Assembly (NCBI GenBank): GCA_041831015.1
Contig: JBHARQ010000302.1
Location: 1-8,819 of the forward strand
Length of the DNA: 8,819 nucleotides
Source: Simonsiella sp.
GTDB lineage: Bacteria; Pseudomonadota; Gammaproteobacteria; Burkholderiales; Neisseriaceae
Reading direction: 5' to 3'
Shown here: piece after piece, positions 6,939 to 8,819 of the stretch
Position numbering within the stretch: the first letter of the stretch is position 1
Layout: each line of letters begins with the position of its first letter
The notes under the pieces: generated by a model
What the model was told of the DNA's origin: nothing
Database searches by the model: none
The model's input: the letters and a program-made list of their open reading frames with translations, nothing else
Translations under genes and position numbers: made by a program

Positions 6939-8819
6939 CTAATCGTTTGAAATAGCTTCAAATTCTGTTTTAGGCGGTAAAGCTTCGGCGCAAGTGGGGG
7001 CGTGTTTGTTGGCTTTGCGGTAGGCTTGGCATTCGGCGGTGTATTGGTCGCGTAAGCCAAGGTAGTGGTCGGTCATCATGATTTCGTTGCCATACACGGG
7101 CATTTGGTGCGGGTAGTAGCGGTAGGTTTGGTGCATCCAGCGTTTGGCTTCTTCTGTTTTGCCTTGGCGGTAGAGGATTAAGCCGTTTTTGTAGGCGTGG
7201 GCATAGGGGCGAAATTGGATGGATTTTTGTGCTAAATGCGCCCAGTTGGGTAGGTCTTTTTGGGTGGTATGGGTAAAGTTAATCAGGGTTAGGTCGGCAT
7301 AGTGCGCCAGCATCGGTTCGGTTCGGCTGGTCAGGAGCAGTTGCATGATTTGTTCGGTGCGTTCTTTGGTGTTGGCGTTTTTCTTGGTGGCGATGACCAA
7401 GTCGTTATAGGCAAAAGCCAGACGAATAATGCCCAGCATGATGGCTAATGTGAATACGCCCACCAGCCACATTCCCCAATGAAATGTGGGGGCTTTCAGG
7501 CTGCCTGAAGTGGTGGTTTGAGCATGGGTATCATCAGGTAATCCTGTACTCATGAGCATGGGAAACAGGGCAAACGCAGTTAAAAAGTAGAGATACCACA
7601 ATGGGTATTCTAATGTGCTGTGCGTCATGGAGACTGCCATGAGTGCCAATAGGAGTAAATTGGGGGCGTTTCGTGTTTTCAGGCAGCCTGAAATCACCCA
7701 CGCTAAACCACCCAATACCAATAATGTCCCCACCAAACCCATTTCTGCCAATAAATTCAAATAAGAATTATGGCTGTGAGTAAACAAAACATTCGGGTCG
7801 TACAAACGGAAACCTGTACGATAAATGCTTTCATCTAACAAAAAACTTTGTGCAGGATAGCTGCCCCAACCATGTCCCCAAATCGGTGCCGATTGAAACA
7901 CCTGCCATGCTTTTTTCCACTCATGGCTGCGCCCTGAACCTTCGTGTGAATGTCCGCTCAAACGTTCCAAACTGCTGTTTAATTGCAAATCATCGCTGAA
8001 TAATTGCATAATCGGTTCAAGCAAAAATTGAAAAGCAATCACCGACATTGCCGCCAAACCCATGCACACCACCACCCGATTTGCCGATTTCCCTGCCAAC
8101 ACACGCCAAAGCGGTAACAACAATCCCATTGCCATCACATACGCAATCAAAGCGCGAGACGTGATAATCCCCGTTGTTGCCGTTAAAAACAACACCACAG
8201 GAATTGCCGCCCACCACGCCATACGGCGCACGCCCCACAAATAACCTGCTGCCAAAATCCCCCACATCATAAAATGCCCCAAGTGATTGTATTGCCCCAG
8301 TTGCCCTTCCACAATCCCTTTACGGTACATCAAATAACCCGAAAATTGCGCCGCATCGCCCGTATATTGTAACCACGCCACCACACCTTGAGCGCACGTT
8401 GCCACCACCAACAGCCACGCCAAAATCGACACCACCCGTTCCTGCCCCACGCGCAACACCCACGCACGACACGCCCACGCCAACATCGCGTACACCACAA
8501 ACGACCACGCCACCATATCACTCTGACCCACATACGGCACGTCCATCACCCGCGCCTGAATTGCCCAAAACAGCGCGAGCATCACAAAATACGGCGTGGC
8601 AGGCGGCACATTCACCTTCAGGCTGCCTGAAACCGCTTGCCCATAACCAAACATCACCACCGTCATCAACACCAGCATCAACGCCGCCATCAACGAACTG
8701 ATTTCCAAATAAAAACTACTCAACACCCCCACGCGCCAAATAGACAAAAACGGCATCAAAACCAACGCCAAACCCAACCAAAGCGGCAACAACTGCCATT
8801 GAAACAAACGGTTACTCAT
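6939..8819 (-). CDS. pglL: Polytopic membrane protein of the O-antigen ligase (Wzy_C) family with a long soluble C-terminal extension; PglL-like O-oligosaccharyltransferase
   Basis: 626 aa with at least 10 hydrophobic helices. It has a periplasmic loop with HEGSGRSHEWKKAW...GHGWGSY and the family signature FTHSHNSYLNLLAEMGLVG. The C-terminal non-membrane region is roughly 150 aa (HYADLTLINF...YKNGLILYRQGKTEEAKRWMHQTYRYYP), as seen in PglL/PilO-type enzymes. The start codon is the last triplet of the window, so a longer N-terminus cannot be excluded. Confidence 0.75.
   Translation of the reverse strand: MSNRLFQWQLLPLWLGLALVLMPFLSIWRVGVLSSFYLEISSLMAALMLVLMTVVMFGYGQAVSGSLKVNVPPATPYFVMLALFWAIQARVMDVPYVGQSDMVAWSFVVYAMLAWACRAWVLRVGQERVVSILAWLLVVATCAQGVVAWLQYTGDAAQFSGYLMYRKGIVEGQLGQYNHLGHFMMWGILAAGYLWGVRRMAWWAAIPVVLFLTATTGIITSRALIAYVMAMGLLLPLWRVLAGKSANRVVVCMGLAAMSVIAFQFLLEPIMQLFSDDLQLNSSLERLSGHSHEGSGRSHEWKKAWQVFQSAPIWGHGWGSYPAQSFLLDESIYRTGFRLYDPNVLFTHSHNSYLNLLAEMGLVGTLLVLGGLAWVISGCLKTRNAPNLLLLALMAVSMTHSTLEYPLWYLYFLTAFALFPMLMSTGLPDDTHAQTTTSGSLKAPTFHWGMWLVGVFTLAIMLGIIRLAFAYNDLVIATKKNANTKERTEQIMQLLLTSRTEPMLAHYADLTLINFTHTTQKDLPNWAHLAQKSIQFRPYAHAYKNGLILYRQGKTEEAKRWMHQTYRYYPHQMPVYGNEIMMTDHYLGLRDQYTAECQAYRKANKHAPTCAEALPPKTEFEAISND
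7495..7509. repeat. DNA uptake sequence 15-mer TTCAGGCTGCCTGAA inside the pglL-like CDS
   Basis: Exact match. It is translated on the - strand as S-G-S-L-K (TTSGSLKAP). Confidence 0.8.
7678..7692. repeat. DNA uptake sequence 15-mer TTCAGGCAGCCTGAA inside the pglL-like CDS
   Basis: Exact match. It is translated on the - strand as S-G-C-L-K (VISGCLKTR). Confidence 0.8.
8617..8631. repeat. DNA uptake sequence 15-mer TTCAGGCTGCCTGAA inside the pglL-like CDS
   Basis: Exact match. It is translated on the - strand as S-G-S-L-K (AVSGSLKVN). Confidence 0.8.

Noticed and set aside
6751-6942. ORF 6751-6942 (+), 63 aa
   Set aside because: It begins inside repeat copy B, has no RBS, lies in the leader/promoter region of the minus-strand operon, and its composition looks non-coding.
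8017-8701. Multiple 60-100 aa ORFs in other frames and strands within the PglL-like gene (for example 8399-8701 +, rich in P/T/H/R)
   Set aside because: Strong strand compositional skew (C/A-rich + strand) keeps the alternative frames open. Their products are low-complexity, and they are fully nested in a long ORF with clear family motifs.

Overview
The window splits at about nt 4200-4230 into two compositionally different halves.

**Left half (1 to ~4226, AT-rich, + strand).** This is the right-hand end of a filamentous (inovirus) prophage organised like the Neisseria Nf/MDA phages. It contains:
- a 5'-truncated pIII/TspB-like adsorption protein with a 282-bp in-frame (Thr-Gly)47 tandem repeat;
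- a pVI-like small membrane protein;
- a Zot/pI-like assembly NTPase;
- a 60-aa hydrophobic protein;
- a hairpin-rich non-coding region;
- a Piv/IS110-family (DEDD) recombinase gene broken by one frameshift and one in-frame TGA.

No secretin gene is present.

**Right half (4227-8819, higher GC, - strand).** This looks like host chromosome. It contains:
- a mosaic of palindromic repeat units;
- a CpxA/MisS-like sensor kinase and a CpxR/MisR-like response regulator, separated by a very strong hairpin plus an extended -10 box;
- a 626-aa PglL/O-antigen-ligase-family membrane protein.

**Host assignment.** The 12-mer AGGCAGCCTGAA occurs five times exactly, always inside the palindromic 15-mer TTCAGGC[A/T]GCCTGAA, plus several one-mismatch copies. 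As I recall it, this is the Kingella dialect of the Neisseriaceae DNA uptake sequence, so the host is probably Kingella or a close relative.

**Most interesting leads.**
- the prophage/recombinase junction: an orphan outward -35, structured non-coding DNA that could encode a guide (bridge/seek) RNA or the phage packaging/origin signals, and REP-like palindromes as the likely integration target;
- the hypervariable-looking TG linker;
- the 40-bp direct repeats bracketing the two-component operon.

All functional calls rest on motifs and synteny read by eye. No database search was run.
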